IMG/VR virus record: IMGVR_UViG_3300021256_000067
From: an uncultured virus (IMG/VR IMGVR_UViG_3300021256_000067)
Taxonomy: Duplodnaviria > Heunggongvirae > Uroviricota > Caudoviricetes
DNA: 20,000 bases
Reading direction: 5' to 3' (one strand)
Of this stretch, positions 6,796 to 17,145 are shown piece after piece. Position numbers and translations under genes: made by a program. A model generated the notes under the pieces. It did no database searches. It was not told the origin of the DNA and was given only the letters and a program-made list of their open reading frames with translations. Every line of letters begins with the position of its first letter. The stretch's first letter is position 1.

Positions 6796-7533
6796 TTAAG
6801 GAAATGATACAAACCAATAGCCTTTATTACAATCTTTAAAATATTCTTTTGCCTCATTTATTTCTTCTGTTCCTTCGTCTTTATATAAACCCGAATTGAC
6901 GGTTATACCGCCGATAAGGTTTGTCGTGAATGTTCCTATCAATCTTGAAACCTCTACTTTGCATTTGCCGCATATATATTTTCTTACCATACCATCATTC
7001 CATAAATCCTGCTCGGGTATACGGACCATCATCTCAACCACTACATTCGTCTTGGGATCATGTCCTAAAACCTGCAGCCTGTGAGTATTGGGATTCCAGC
7101 TGTGACGAATATCAACCAAAGAGAATGTTTTCATTTGATCCCAAGAAAGCCAGGCTATCTGCATGGAAGCTATCCATTCATTATTGAATTGTGATCCGAA
7201 ATAAATTCCTGAATTGACTGCTTTCTGGAATGACATGTCCGGATCATTGAACCCGTAAAAATTATACATCTTGTGAGCTTCTTGAAATTTAGTCACTGAT
7301 GTAACACAATCCGCGAATTCTATAACTCTGTCTTTTCTGAATTCTGGTCTGTAAAATAATTCTTTTGGCAGCATCATAAACTTTTGCTCTAAACTGTCAG
7401 GATACAGCTGATAAATCTCAAGCGTCGATTTCTCTATTACACGTTTGATTTCCTTTTTGGGAAGATTTATATCTATTGATCCTCCCAGTGTTATTTCATT
7501 CTCTATCCAGTTGGCTAATTCGTCTTTTGTCAT
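6796..7533 (-). CDS. T4 gp13-like neck protein
   Basis: N-terminal 'EL..I...LGG.I.I.L....I...I......YQLY.D' and C-terminal 'WNDGMVRKY....K...R........L.GG.T.N....EG..E' resemble the gp13 family from memory. Confidence 0.7.
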   Translation of the reverse strand: MTKDELANWIENEITLGGSIDINLPKKEIKRVIEKSTLEIYQLYPDSLEQKFMMLPKELFYRPEFRKDRVIEFADCVTSVTKFQEAHKMYNFYGFNDPDMSFQKAVNSGIYFGSQFNNEWIASMQIAWLSWDQMKTFSLVDIRHSWNPNTHRLQVLGHDPKTNVVVEMMVRIPEQDLWNDGMVRKYICGKCKVEVSRLIGTFTTNLIGGITVNSGLYKDEGTEEINEAKEYFKDCNKGYWFVSFP

Positions 7534-7551
7534 TTTTAATAAAAATTAATT

Positions 7552-8388
7552 TTATATAGTATGGGTAAGTTGTATTTTTGTGTTATTATCATCCCAGTAT
7601 TCTGATAATTTAAATCCATCTATGCATAAATCTGTATCAAACGGAAGATCAAATTTAATCATATTACTTGGTTCGGATTTTTCGACAGCGAGCATCCGCC
7701 CTAATTCGTGAAGATCTAAAAATCCTTTTCCTTTCTTCCAATAAATGTCATTAATATTAATAAACACCTTTTTAATATATTTAAATTCAAAGGGAGAATC
7801 AAAAGTATAATCGGGGTTTTTAGTATCTGTTTTCTCAAAATGTACAGATATTCCTATATTCTCATTCAGAAATGATATCATATAACCTATAAAATCCCCG
7901 TAATAGAATTTATATTTTTTATATAATATCCCTAATCCGTCAATTTTTTTAAGTAATCCATTTATAATATTTTCAATATCAGCCCTTAATGAACGGTATT
8001 CATCTGAATATATTCCTCTTGCCAAGCTGCTTGGTTCAAAAAATATATCATTCATAGTAAAATTGACATTTATTTCATAAGCATCTTTTCCTACCATTCC
8101 TATATCACTCACCGCGTCATATGAAAGCCATGTATCAAGTACTTCTTTACTGTGAGTAATAAACGATAATTTATTTCCCGGATTCATTAAAATATGGGAT
8201 GCGCAGAAATATATATAATCATAAATTCTTGTATATACATCTATAATATTATTCTTAAGATATTCCTGTACTTCTTCAATATGATCATTAAGATCATAAA
8301 AAGAATTTTGAGATAATATTCCATTAGAATCCTGAACTGTATCAGAATTCCATTCAATTAAAATCCTATTTAATATCTTTTTATTCAT
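7552..8388 (-). CDS. Hypothetical protein with shared ILNRILIEW leader
   Basis: 278-aa ORF, tightly packed in operon. Confidence 0.8.
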   Translation of the reverse strand: MNKKILNRILIEWNSDTVQDSNGILSQNSFYDLNDHIEEVQEYLKNNIIDVYTRIYDYIYFCASHILMNPGNKLSFITHSKEVLDTWLSYDAVSDIGMVGKDAYEINVNFTMNDIFFEPSSLARGIYSDEYRSLRADIENIINGLLKKIDGLGILYKKYKFYYGDFIGYMISFLNENIGISVHFEKTDTKNPDYTFDSPFEFKYIKKVFININDIYWKKGKGFLDLHELGRMLAVEKSEPSNMIKFDLPFDTDLCIDGFKLSEYWDDNNTKIQLTHTI

Positions 8389-8391
8389 ACT

Positions 8392-8637
8392 TTACCATTT
8401 CTTTTCTGGACATCCTTCTATTGATATTCCGTTTTTGTCAAGATAATAATTGACATTTACTTTCGCGCTTATATAACATCCGCATCTTTCACAGAAACCG
8501 CCCTTCCTGTATTTGCACTTATTACAAATAGCAAGCCTTTTTACAGCAACATCGCTTCTATAAAACTTAATGGTGGATAAAATATATTTGCCCCATCCCT
8601 GTAATATATAATAAATCTTTTTTAAACTGTTAATCAT
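8392..8637 (-). CDS. Small Cys-rich protein (DUF6171-like)
   Basis: RLAICNKC...CERCGCYISAK...CPEKKW pattern. Confidence 0.75.
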   Translation of the reverse strand: MINSLKKIYYILQGWGKYILSTIKFYRSDVAVKRLAICNKCKYRKGGFCERCGCYISAKVNVNYYLDKNGISIEGCPEKKW

Positions 8638-8644
8638 ACCTTAA

Positions 8645-9553
8645 TTAAGTCCAAGGTACAAACGGAAATATCCAATACCAAGGATGATATTCCCACATGC
8701 ACTTGTTTATATTTGTAAATAAATTTAATTTTCCAGGATCTTCTATATAAAAAGCATCTTTATTTGTCGGTATAGATACTAGATACATGGAATAATCATC
8801 TTCCCATACTTTTAATGCTTTAACACTGATAGGCGTATTTATATTATTAAGAGTAATTTGACCGAGGGTTTTAAAATTTCCATATTGTATATTCCTGCTG
8901 CCTGATTCCCATTCGTTTTTTGTATTAATAATATCTTCTATTATTGATAAATCTTCACCAAAAATTTCATTTTCTGCATATTCAAGATATTTTTTTACAG
9001 TATCCTGTATTCCGTTTTTTCTTATCATTGCCCTAACATTATTCCCTCTAATATCAAATCCTGCTATATAACACCATGGAATATATTCATTTGAGGTACT
9101 ATAAGATAATACATAATTTTCTGTTCTGGTTACCCAATTTAAAAACGGATCAGCGGAAAAATAATCAATATTTCCTTTTTTAACTTTTGTATTAAGATTG
9201 CATATAGTATTATTACTTAATCCTCTATAGACATTTAATAACGATCCTAATTCTGACGAATTAATTTCTATATTTGGAGTATTTATATCTATTTCTAAAA
9301 CATCTGTATCCGCTGAGCCGAACGGCCATTCAACAGAATCTGCAAAATTTTCTGATTGTAAACCTTTAAACAAAAAATTAAATGTATCTATTGCCCATTT
9401 AACATTCTTTATATATTCTGGAGAATCCCATTCATAAACACCTTTAAGCCGATTATTTATAGAATCAGTAGATATAATTTCATTGGTGCCTGTCAGATAG
9501 TTTCCCCAATCAATCAAAACTTCATTTAAATATTTTATATTTTTTATACCCAT
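8645..9553 (-). CDS. Hypothetical protein with related YLNEVLIDW leader
   Basis: 302-aa ORF, first gene of the minus-strand operon. Confidence 0.8.
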   Translation of the reverse strand: MGIKNIKYLNEVLIDWGNYLTGTNEIISTDSINNRLKGVYEWDSPEYIKNVKWAIDTFNFLFKGLQSENFADSVEWPFGSADTDVLEIDINTPNIEINSSELGSLLNVYRGLSNNTICNLNTKVKKGNIDYFSADPFLNWVTRTENYVLSYSTSNEYIPWCYIAGFDIRGNNVRAMIRKNGIQDTVKKYLEYAENEIFGEDLSIIEDIINTKNEWESGSRNIQYGNFKTLGQITLNNINTPISVKALKVWEDDYSMYLVSIPTNKDAFYIEDPGKLNLFTNINKCMWEYHPWYWIFPFVPWT

Positions 9554-9673
9554 TTTAAACTTATTTTGCGATTTCCGTTTATATAATTGTATGCAATTAA
9601 GAAAAAGAAATATTTAAAGAAATATATAAAGAAAAAATTTAGTTAAATATTTAAAATATTTATTTTTATTCTT

Positions 9674-10240
9674 ATGAATAAGAATATATCTGATTATAAA
9701 AGAAGGAATAAACCCCATATGAATGAGAATTCTAAATTCTATCAGGGATATTTTATTCCTAAACATCCAGAAAAATGTCTTACAAAAAATAATATATGTC
9801 GCAGTGGATGGGAATTCAGGTTCTGTAACTGGTTGGATAACAATTCAAATGTTATCGAATGGGGATCAGAACCTATTGCTGTGCAATATAGAAATCCCGT
9901 CGCTAATTTAAAGTATTGTAAAGAGAATGGTCTGAATCCTAAAGATCCGTCAAACTGGAAAATATGTAACTATTATGTCGATTTCTGGTTTCGTTTAAGG
10001 CAACGGGACGGCTCATATAAAAAAATATTTGTAGAAGTAAAACCATTATCCCAATGCAAACCTCCAAAACCATTAGAGCCTAATGCGAAACTTAAAGAAG
10101 TACGGGCATATAATAAAGCCGCCGAAACGTGGTTAATCAATTCCGCGAAATGGGCAGCGGCAAAACAGCTATTTGAATCAAAAGGATGTGAATTTTGGAT
10201 AGTTACTGAAAAGACTTTAAGTAATTTAGGTCTCTTATAA
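9674..10240 (+). CDS. T4 gp4-like head completion nuclease (TnsA-like PD-(D/E)xK fold)
   Basis: QG.F.PK.PEK, RS.WE, W.SE...Y, Y.VDF, VEVKP, N.AKW.AA and F.I.TEK motifs. Confidence 0.88.
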   Translation: MNKNISDYKRRNKPHMNENSKFYQGYFIPKHPEKCLTKNNICRSGWEFRFCNWLDNNSNVIEWGSEPIAVQYRNPVANLKYCKENGLNPKDPSNWKICNYYVDFWFRLRQRDGSYKKIFVEVKPLSQCKPPKPLEPNAKLKEVRAYNKAAETWLINSAKWAAAKQLFESKGCEFWIVTEKTLSNLGLL

Positions 10241-10277
10241 TAAAGAGTAAATATAAAAATCGTAGTTTAACAGATAA

Positions 10278-11417
10278 ATGATTACAGCATTAAAAAATAT
10301 TACAGTCAACAGCATGATCGGCATGCTTCCTTCTGTTATTAATTATAATAATCAAAGTATAGAATCTGACTTTGCATATATTTTTGATTATGATAAAGGA
10401 TGTTATATACATGATTTAATAAACCCCAAAGGACTTGTAAAAGCCCACTGGGGAGAATTTGTCAATCTTACAATCGATACATTAAGAATTAAAGATCCAT
10501 CTAGTCTTTTTAATTCAACATTTAGGGGAATCAGCCATAATCAATGGACTGAAAGATTTGTTAATGAAGATATATTGACTGAAGATGATAAAGAAAAGTA
10601 TTGTCATGATATAGCATCTATTAAAGGACTTGAAGAACGCCTTCAAGAATTAGAAAATAAAATAGCTGAATTCGGAGAAATCTATAAGCGATTAACCGCG
10701 ACCGATCCATTTGATAATGTATGGGAAGCTTATGGTTCACAAGAGGCATCTGGTCCATGGACTGTAGGCCCAACATCGCAAGAAAATTCAACTGAAGAAT
10801 CATCAGAAAATAATACAGATCCTCAGGAAGAACGACCTTCTAATGGAGATAATCAAGGAAGCAGAACAGATTCTGATACACTCAATACAGAAGAAACTGA
10901 ACCTGCAGGTGAAAGATTTGGTGCGAGTTCTCCTACAAAAAGCGTAAAAAGAAATAAAAAGAAATCAGCCGCCAATAAAAATATAGTTAATGAAAAAGGT
11001 AATGAAACAGAATATACATATCCTAAATCTTTATTAACTGAATCAAAAGCTGTTATAAAGAAACAATCTTTATATCCCGGTGACTACAGAGATTTACAGG
11101 CATGCAAGACATATCATTATATTGATACTAAAAAAGGTGATGTTGAATTTGTAAAAATAAGTAATACTTATCAATATGCATTTAACAATGCCGAAATTAA
11201 TCAGGAAATATATCTCTTATGCCGTAAAGCTAATAATAATGATTCTGATTTTGTGATTAAACTTGATGGATGTCTTGATAAGCATTTATATATATCATCA
11301 CATATTCAGCCAGAACAATCTGTTAAACTGATATGCTATAAAGTTGATCGTTCTCTTGGAGCATGCTGGAAACTTGATCCAGATGAAATTGAATCATTAC
11401 CTATCGAAATAAAATAA
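10278..11417 (+). CDS. Hypothetical (probably virion) protein with central acidic low-complexity linker
   Basis: 379-aa ORF; short coiled coil followed by an S/T/E/N-rich stretch. Confidence 0.8.
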   Translation: MITALKNITVNSMIGMLPSVINYNNQSIESDFAYIFDYDKGCYIHDLINPKGLVKAHWGEFVNLTIDTLRIKDPSSLFNSTFRGISHNQWTERFVNEDILTEDDKEKYCHDIASIKGLEERLQELENKIAEFGEIYKRLTATDPFDNVWEAYGSQEASGPWTVGPTSQENSTEESSENNTDPQEERPSNGDNQGSRTDSDTLNTEETEPAGERFGASSPTKSVKRNKKKSAANKNIVNEKGNETEYTYPKSLLTESKAVIKKQSLYPGDYRDLQACKTYHYIDTKKGDVEFVKISNTYQYAFNNAEINQEIYLLCRKANNNDSDFVIKLDGCLDKHLYISSHIQPEQSVKLICYKVDRSLGACWKLDPDEIESLPIEIK

Positions 11418-11433
11418 TCTTCTAAGAATATAA

Positions 11434-14415
11434 ATGAGTAACAAGAATAAAACACCATTATTAAGACCATTAAGAAAAGAAGGAGGAACTTTATATATTT
11501 TCCCTTCTGCTACTGAAGATATTGGATTAAATATTAATTCAAGGGCCAATAGAGTAGCATTATCTTATTATGCGTTATTGGATATTCCAAACTGTGAAAC
11601 TTATGATGATATTATATCCGAACAGGATCCGGATATATGGGTAGATTCATCATCACGAGAAGATTATCTGAATAAAAACAGGTTTATGCCTGGACTTATT
11701 CCAGGTAGATTTACAAATACCGGTCAGGATCAAATAGACAGAAGCGAAACAGGTATAGGATCTTGGGAAATCGCCGCGTCTTTACAGAATTACGCAATGA
11801 ATTTTGAGACCGTACTTAGGAACCAGGATTCATATAATTACCAGTTAAGTAAAACCGTATCTGAAAGAGTATTTTGGAAATGGCTTAAAGAGACAGGAGC
11901 TATCAGATGGGAATATATAAAAGATTTAAAGACTAATCCCGATGGATCTGAAATAAAGAAAGGGTATTATAGAGAAGTCTCAGATTCTGCTTCATATGAA
12001 AGAGTTGTAAAATGTTTCGGAGAAATTGCAGCGGGAAATTCATTATCGACAGAATTCGGAATGTTTAATGAAATCTATATTACTGTTCCATCTTCTTATG
12101 GTGAATCTCCTATATATTTTCAAATCGATGAAGATGATAATTATCAATTAGGTAAAGCTTATACTTCCAATGAACTCCAGAATAATATTCTTGAAGGACG
12201 TAGGGAATATATGAATAACAATGTTATAGATTTTCAATATACATTAAATCGCGCGTGGTCAGATGTATATCAAGAATCTGCTAATATGGTTGATCCCACC
12301 AGAGGAAAAATAGAGACAGAAAATGGCCTGCCTTGGTATAAAGATTTATATAATAATGAAGGAGATATTAATTCTTATATAACAGATGATGCCATAACTG
12401 ATTATACAAAACCATTGGATGTTTCATTATATGTTACTCCTCCAGGTGAAAACATTGAATCAAGTTTTATAATCAAAAGATCCAAACTTGATGCAGTTTC
12501 TCTTGTGAAAAGTATACCTGTTTATGAGAATATTATGAAATCTCAATTAGCAGATAATATAACTGAAAATACTGAAAGTGAATTTTCAAGTCTCGATTAT
12601 CCTACTGAATATATTGAAGACGGGTTGTTAGATTGGGATAAACTAGCTATAGATTTTCATAAAAATATAGATTCTAAATTTACATTTAATACTGTACTTC
12701 TTTATTATACTGTATATGATGCAAATAATCAAACTGAATTAGCAACTAATTTATTTGGTATATTATTTTTAGATGGCGTAAAAGATGAACAAGGATCTGA
12801 ATCTTCTGATTTTTCAGGAGCAAATATGCAGTTCTCTTTCAATGAAATAATAAAACGGCAGTCTAATGAAAATGGATTCGGTACAGGTTATTCATTCAGG
12901 GTTAATATAAAGACTTCCTCTATATTTGACAATACAGATGCACTTATATCTGATAATACAACCGCGAATTCAATTATAACTGATAATTTTAATGATGTTA
13001 TATATTCTTTGCATCAATCTCTTAATTTAATGCAGGGAAATACATATATTACACAATCATTAATTGACAAATATAATGAACTGCATTCGCATATCCAGAA
13101 TAATGATTTAGATATACGTAAATTAAAAACAGATTTAAATACTTATCTTATGTATAAGTATGAAAATATTGTTGCCGATACAGTAGACAGCGATTTAATA
13201 TCTGTTCGAACGATTGTTCCGAATTCATTAAATGACGTTAAAAGCGCAGGCTCGACATTAAACAGTATTGATTTTAATTTTTACAGAAATAATCCCGATA
13301 CAAGTGATTATATTCTTTCAGATACTCCTATTATGTCTGTAGGAATTAATAATGTAAACATTAAACACAGCACAGCGGAGAAATTAAAAGTTCATAATTT
13401 ATATCAATCTATTCCTTGGGTTTATGGTAATACCATGAATGAGGATTATATAGAAATAAGCGATCCAGCGCTTGATAACGCACTAACAATTCTTGAAGCC
13501 ATAGATATTAAACTTTTACAAGATACAAATACATGGGTTACAGAAGATTGGGATAACACATTATCTGAATGGGTAAGAACCGTACATGATGGTACAGAAC
13601 AATATTATATTATTGATCCAAGCTCTTCATTATTCACTGAAAGAAATACTTGGGGATATAAATCAGATATGATATATACTGATTATACATCTGGAATTAC
13701 TTGGGTGAATTATCAGAAATTTATTCCTCTTATTATATTAACATTGAAAAAACTGTTAACATATCATAAAACTGGTGTTTCTGCTGAAACAGAATTATCT
13801 TCTAAGATGGAGCAGAAATTTAGTGAATGGGTTAAAAAGGGAGAAGCAACATTATCTAATATAACAGAAGAAGCTCAAAATATAGTTAATGAGCATTCAG
13901 AAAGACTTACACAATATTCTAATATTATTAATCAAAGCCGTGCAAATATAATAAATCAGACTGTAAATGATATAACAGCTGATGTAAGCGCTATGATAGA
14001 AAGAGATGTAAGTATAGCTGTAAGTCGAATCGTCGATTCTTCCGTGCCTGATAATTTATGGAATTTTGTAATTAGTGATAAAGTTTCTGAACTTGTTGAT
14101 AATAAAATAGATCAAAAATTCCCAAGAACATCAGAAACTACACAAGCTGTAGATCTAGAAACTATGTCTAATAACCTTACTAATTTAAATAATGCGCTTT
14201 CAATTTTACAAAGTACATTTAATACATTCTCTAATAATTTAGCTAATATGAATGTACATGACAGCGGTACAGCTATATCAACTATAGTAAATGCCGGGGC
14301 AGAGGCATCTGGACAACTTGAGAATATTCAACAATATATGCAGCAGTTACCAAAAAATTATTCTGATGCATCTACAGCTATAGATGCTTCCCAAGGAGAA
14401 CAATTTGAACCATAA
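11434..14415 (+). CDS. Large hypothetical structural protein with possible degenerate S74-type chaperone segment and C-terminal coiled coil
   Basis: 993-aa ORF in structural operon; 'NAL.IL.AI' ... 'VNYQKFIPLII.TLKKL' motifs. Confidence 0.75.
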   Translation: MSNKNKTPLLRPLRKEGGTLYIFPSATEDIGLNINSRANRVALSYYALLDIPNCETYDDIISEQDPDIWVDSSSREDYLNKNRFMPGLIPGRFTNTGQDQIDRSETGIGSWEIAASLQNYAMNFETVLRNQDSYNYQLSKTVSERVFWKWLKETGAIRWEYIKDLKTNPDGSEIKKGYYREVSDSASYERVVKCFGEIAAGNSLSTEFGMFNEIYITVPSSYGESPIYFQIDEDDNYQLGKAYTSNELQNNILEGRREYMNNNVIDFQYTLNRAWSDVYQESANMVDPTRGKIETENGLPWYKDLYNNEGDINSYITDDAITDYTKPLDVSLYVTPPGENIESSFIIKRSKLDAVSLVKSIPVYENIMKSQLADNITENTESEFSSLDYPTEYIEDGLLDWDKLAIDFHKNIDSKFTFNTVLLYYTVYDANNQTELATNLFGILFLDGVKDEQGSESSDFSGANMQFSFNEIIKRQSNENGFGTGYSFRVNIKTSSIFDNTDALISDNTTANSIITDNFNDVIYSLHQSLNLMQGNTYITQSLIDKYNELHSHIQNNDLDIRKLKTDLNTYLMYKYENIVADTVDSDLISVRTIVPNSLNDVKSAGSTLNSIDFNFYRNNPDTSDYILSDTPIMSVGINNVNIKHSTAEKLKVHNLYQSIPWVYGNTMNEDYIEISDPALDNALTILEAIDIKLLQDTNTWVTEDWDNTLSEWVRTVHDGTEQYYIIDPSSSLFTERNTWGYKSDMIYTDYTSGITWVNYQKFIPLIILTLKKLLTYHKTGVSAETELSSKMEQKFSEWVKKGEATLSNITEEAQNIVNEHSERLTQYSNIINQSRANIINQTVNDITADVSAMIERDVSIAVSRIVDSSVPDNLWNFVISDKVSELVDNKIDQKFPRTSETTQAVDLETMSNNLTNLNNALSILQSTFNTFSNNLANMNVHDSGTAISTIVNAGAEASGQLENIQQYMQQLPKNYSDASTAIDASQGEQFEP

Positions 14416-14446
14416 AAAATAAAAATAATTCATAATTATTTAACAT

Positions 14447-17128
14447 ATGTCTAATAATATCAATAGTTTTGCAGAAAATATGAATGCCCTTGTAAGGACA
14501 TCTAACAATCAAATGCAAATTTTAAATGCCTTACAAAATAGTCTTATAAATAATTCTGCCACAACATATATTAATATAACAGACCCTAATACAGGAAATA
14601 TGCTTAGTTATCAAATTCCTGCATTTCAAGGAGTTATTAATAGACTTGAAGGAGTAGAAAATTCCATAAAAGCTTTATTATCTGGAAATGGCATCGCTGA
14701 ATTAAATGATGGAACATCAAGAGAGATTCAAATAACGCCATTGGCTAAAATACCTACCAGTATATATATGTCAAGCTCTCCAACTACATTTAATATAGAC
14801 AGTAATTGGTTTTTCGAGGACTTAATGTTTCCTGGAATAACTGTTAAAGTAGATTTAAAAGGGCAAGTAGACCTTAAATCTGACAGAATAAGAGTAAAAC
14901 GAGTTATACTCGATTCAAGAGTTACAGCAAATCAGAATATATGGTATAATAACATTGAAAATTCTTCTATGTCCTATTTGGATCTTATCTCATTATTGAA
15001 TAATTCAAATATAGAATATTCAGAAGATGAAGAGACATTAGAATTTCCATTAGTAAATCGTTCATATCAAGGAGAATTTACAATTCAATCAAGTACAATT
15101 ATTAATAACCGAATCTGGTATACATTAGACACATTTAATTATTATGAAATAACTATTAATGGTACAGGTACATCTACCTCAAAAACATTAGCTATAGGAG
15201 ATTTATTGTCATATAATAACACAGTTCTCCAGATTGAAAATATCAATTATGCAGAAAACAGGGTATTGTTTAAATATAATATCGGTGCAGAACAACCAGG
15301 CATTAATTCATATCTTGAATTTTATGAAGAGCCATTTCCAACTAAAGAACTAGATATACGAGTAGGCATTCATGAATTTAATATAATATACTTTAAGCCT
15401 ATTAATGAAACATTCAATTTATTGGCGAGCAGCTGGGGATATCCAATGACATTTTATACAGATGATTTAACAAATTCTGACGGAGTGTCTTTGGCGACAT
15501 ATTATGCAAATAATATAGTTGACTGGGGCTCTATGATGATTGCTGAAGCTAAAGAAAAGACTATCAGTGCATTTGAAGGCGTTACTCCTAATGCTCCTGT
15601 ATTATCACAGGATAATTTCAGTGTTGTTAAAATCAATACTCAAATTAATGCTGCATTAGATTTAACAGAATTCAAAAATATAGTATCATCTATTGATAAT
15701 GTTAAATCAGATATTAATTCTTTGAGATCAACTATTGCAGCACAAAAATCCGATTTACAGAATATTAATAATTTAGTTGAATATAAAAATGTTCAAGAAC
15801 AAATTAACATAAACACTCTTGAACTTACTCAAACACAAAATAGTTATAGATCATTATTAGCACAAGCCCAAGATTTATTAAAAAATAATAATTCTGTAAC
15901 AACACCTCCTAAATATCATATCCGTGGATTCTTTCCAATTCCCGCTCCTAAGATGAATATTTCATCTTCAAGCATTAAAACAACTCAACAGATTATAGGA
16001 TTTGAAATTCAATACAGATATATCAAGGAAGATGAGACAGGTGTAGATTTGAAAGCCTATACTTATATGGATATGGACGGTTTCTCAGAGGTTACCGGTA
16101 TATATTCTGATTGGAATATAATGCGAACAGCTGTATTAGAAAAAGCATATAATGAAAATACAGCCGCATATGAATGGGTAAATGAATCTATTGCAGACGG
16201 TACAAAGATTAATATCAACCAAGTAGATATTCCTATATCAAAAGGTGAAAAAGTAGAATTCAGAATTAGATCTATTTCTGAAGCCGGATGGCCTGGAAAT
16301 CCACTTAAATCCTCATGGTCGAATTCTATTATTATGGAATTCCCTTCAAATCTTGTCACATCATCAGAAGCAGAAAACCTCATAGAATCAATTAATAATG
16401 AAAATGGCACAGCTACAGTTGATAATGTTCTTAATTCATTAGGTGTATATACACACTTAAATGATTCTATGCCGAATATTAATTCTGTTAACGGAATATA
16501 TTATAAACACCAAGCTGCCAATATATCGTATGAATTAACCAAAATGGCGGATGGTGTGAATAAAACTATCGAGACTATAAGTGTTCAAGATGCCATTGAC
16601 AGGGTTATTGATGATAAGTACAGTAATGTCTATACTAAATCAGAAATTACAAACCTCGCCAAAGAATGGGGAACTGTTTATATTAAAACAACTACATCTG
16701 CTGATGGATATCCAATTCCCGTATATGAAAAAGATACAAGAAAAGTTTATTATAATAAAATATACTTAACAGAATTACGAGACGCAAGTAATAACTTCAC
16801 AGCATATGAGGCATGGATTCTTGATTTAGAGTCAATAGATTTAAATGGTGATGGTTATATTACAGCGGCTGATGTAACTAAAGCTATTGAAATAATGAAT
16901 AGCGATTTAACTATGGCAAATGTCATGAAAGTCCATAGTATTGAAGACTTTATTCTCGGACGTACAACTGTTAAGGATTACTGGAAAAAGATAAAATTTG
17001 AATCATCTGCCCAAAGTGATTTAGAATATAAGATAAATGCTTTGACTGATGAATTTAATAATATTAAAAACTTATTGAATAATATTATTGATAATATTAA
17101 TACTGGAACCCTTCCAACACAATCATAA
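14447..17128 (+). CDS. Large hypothetical structural protein with central coiled coil and C-terminal dockerin/EF-hand-like motif
   Basis: 893-aa ORF; heptad region around aa 405-480; DLNGDGYITAADV. Confidence 0.78.
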   Translation: MSNNINSFAENMNALVRTSNNQMQILNALQNSLINNSATTYINITDPNTGNMLSYQIPAFQGVINRLEGVENSIKALLSGNGIAELNDGTSREIQITPLAKIPTSIYMSSSPTTFNIDSNWFFEDLMFPGITVKVDLKGQVDLKSDRIRVKRVILDSRVTANQNIWYNNIENSSMSYLDLISLLNNSNIEYSEDEETLEFPLVNRSYQGEFTIQSSTIINNRIWYTLDTFNYYEITINGTGTSTSKTLAIGDLLSYNNTVLQIENINYAENRVLFKYNIGAEQPGINSYLEFYEEPFPTKELDIRVGIHEFNIIYFKPINETFNLLASSWGYPMTFYTDDLTNSDGVSLATYYANNIVDWGSMMIAEAKEKTISAFEGVTPNAPVLSQDNFSVVKINTQINAALDLTEFKNIVSSIDNVKSDINSLRSTIAAQKSDLQNINNLVEYKNVQEQININTLELTQTQNSYRSLLAQAQDLLKNNNSVTTPPKYHIRGFFPIPAPKMNISSSSIKTTQQIIGFEIQYRYIKEDETGVDLKAYTYMDMDGFSEVTGIYSDWNIMRTAVLEKAYNENTAAYEWVNESIADGTKININQVDIPISKGEKVEFRIRSISEAGWPGNPLKSSWSNSIIMEFPSNLVTSSEAENLIESINNENGTATVDNVLNSLGVYTHLNDSMPNINSVNGIYYKHQAANISYELTKMADGVNKTIETISVQDAIDRVIDDKYSNVYTKSEITNLAKEWGTVYIKTTTSADGYPIPVYEKDTRKVYYNKIYLTELRDASNNFTAYEAWILDLESIDLNGDGYITAADVTKAIEIMNSDLTMANVMKVHSIEDFILGRTTVKDYWKKIKFESSAQSDLEYKINALTDEFNNIKNLLNNIIDNINTGTLPTQS

Positions 17129-17145
17129 AATTTTATTACTGAAAT

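Noticed and set aside
9674..10240. Tn7 TnsA transposase / mobile element
   Set aside because: Motifs and context match the T4 gp4 head completion family; no tnsB/tnsC or terminal repeats
6164..16769. Overlapping alternative-frame or antisense ORFs (6164-6463, 6570-6752, 6896-7187, 9723-9911, 10621-10803, 16063-16410, 16581-16769)
   Set aside because: Shadows of longer, better-supported genes
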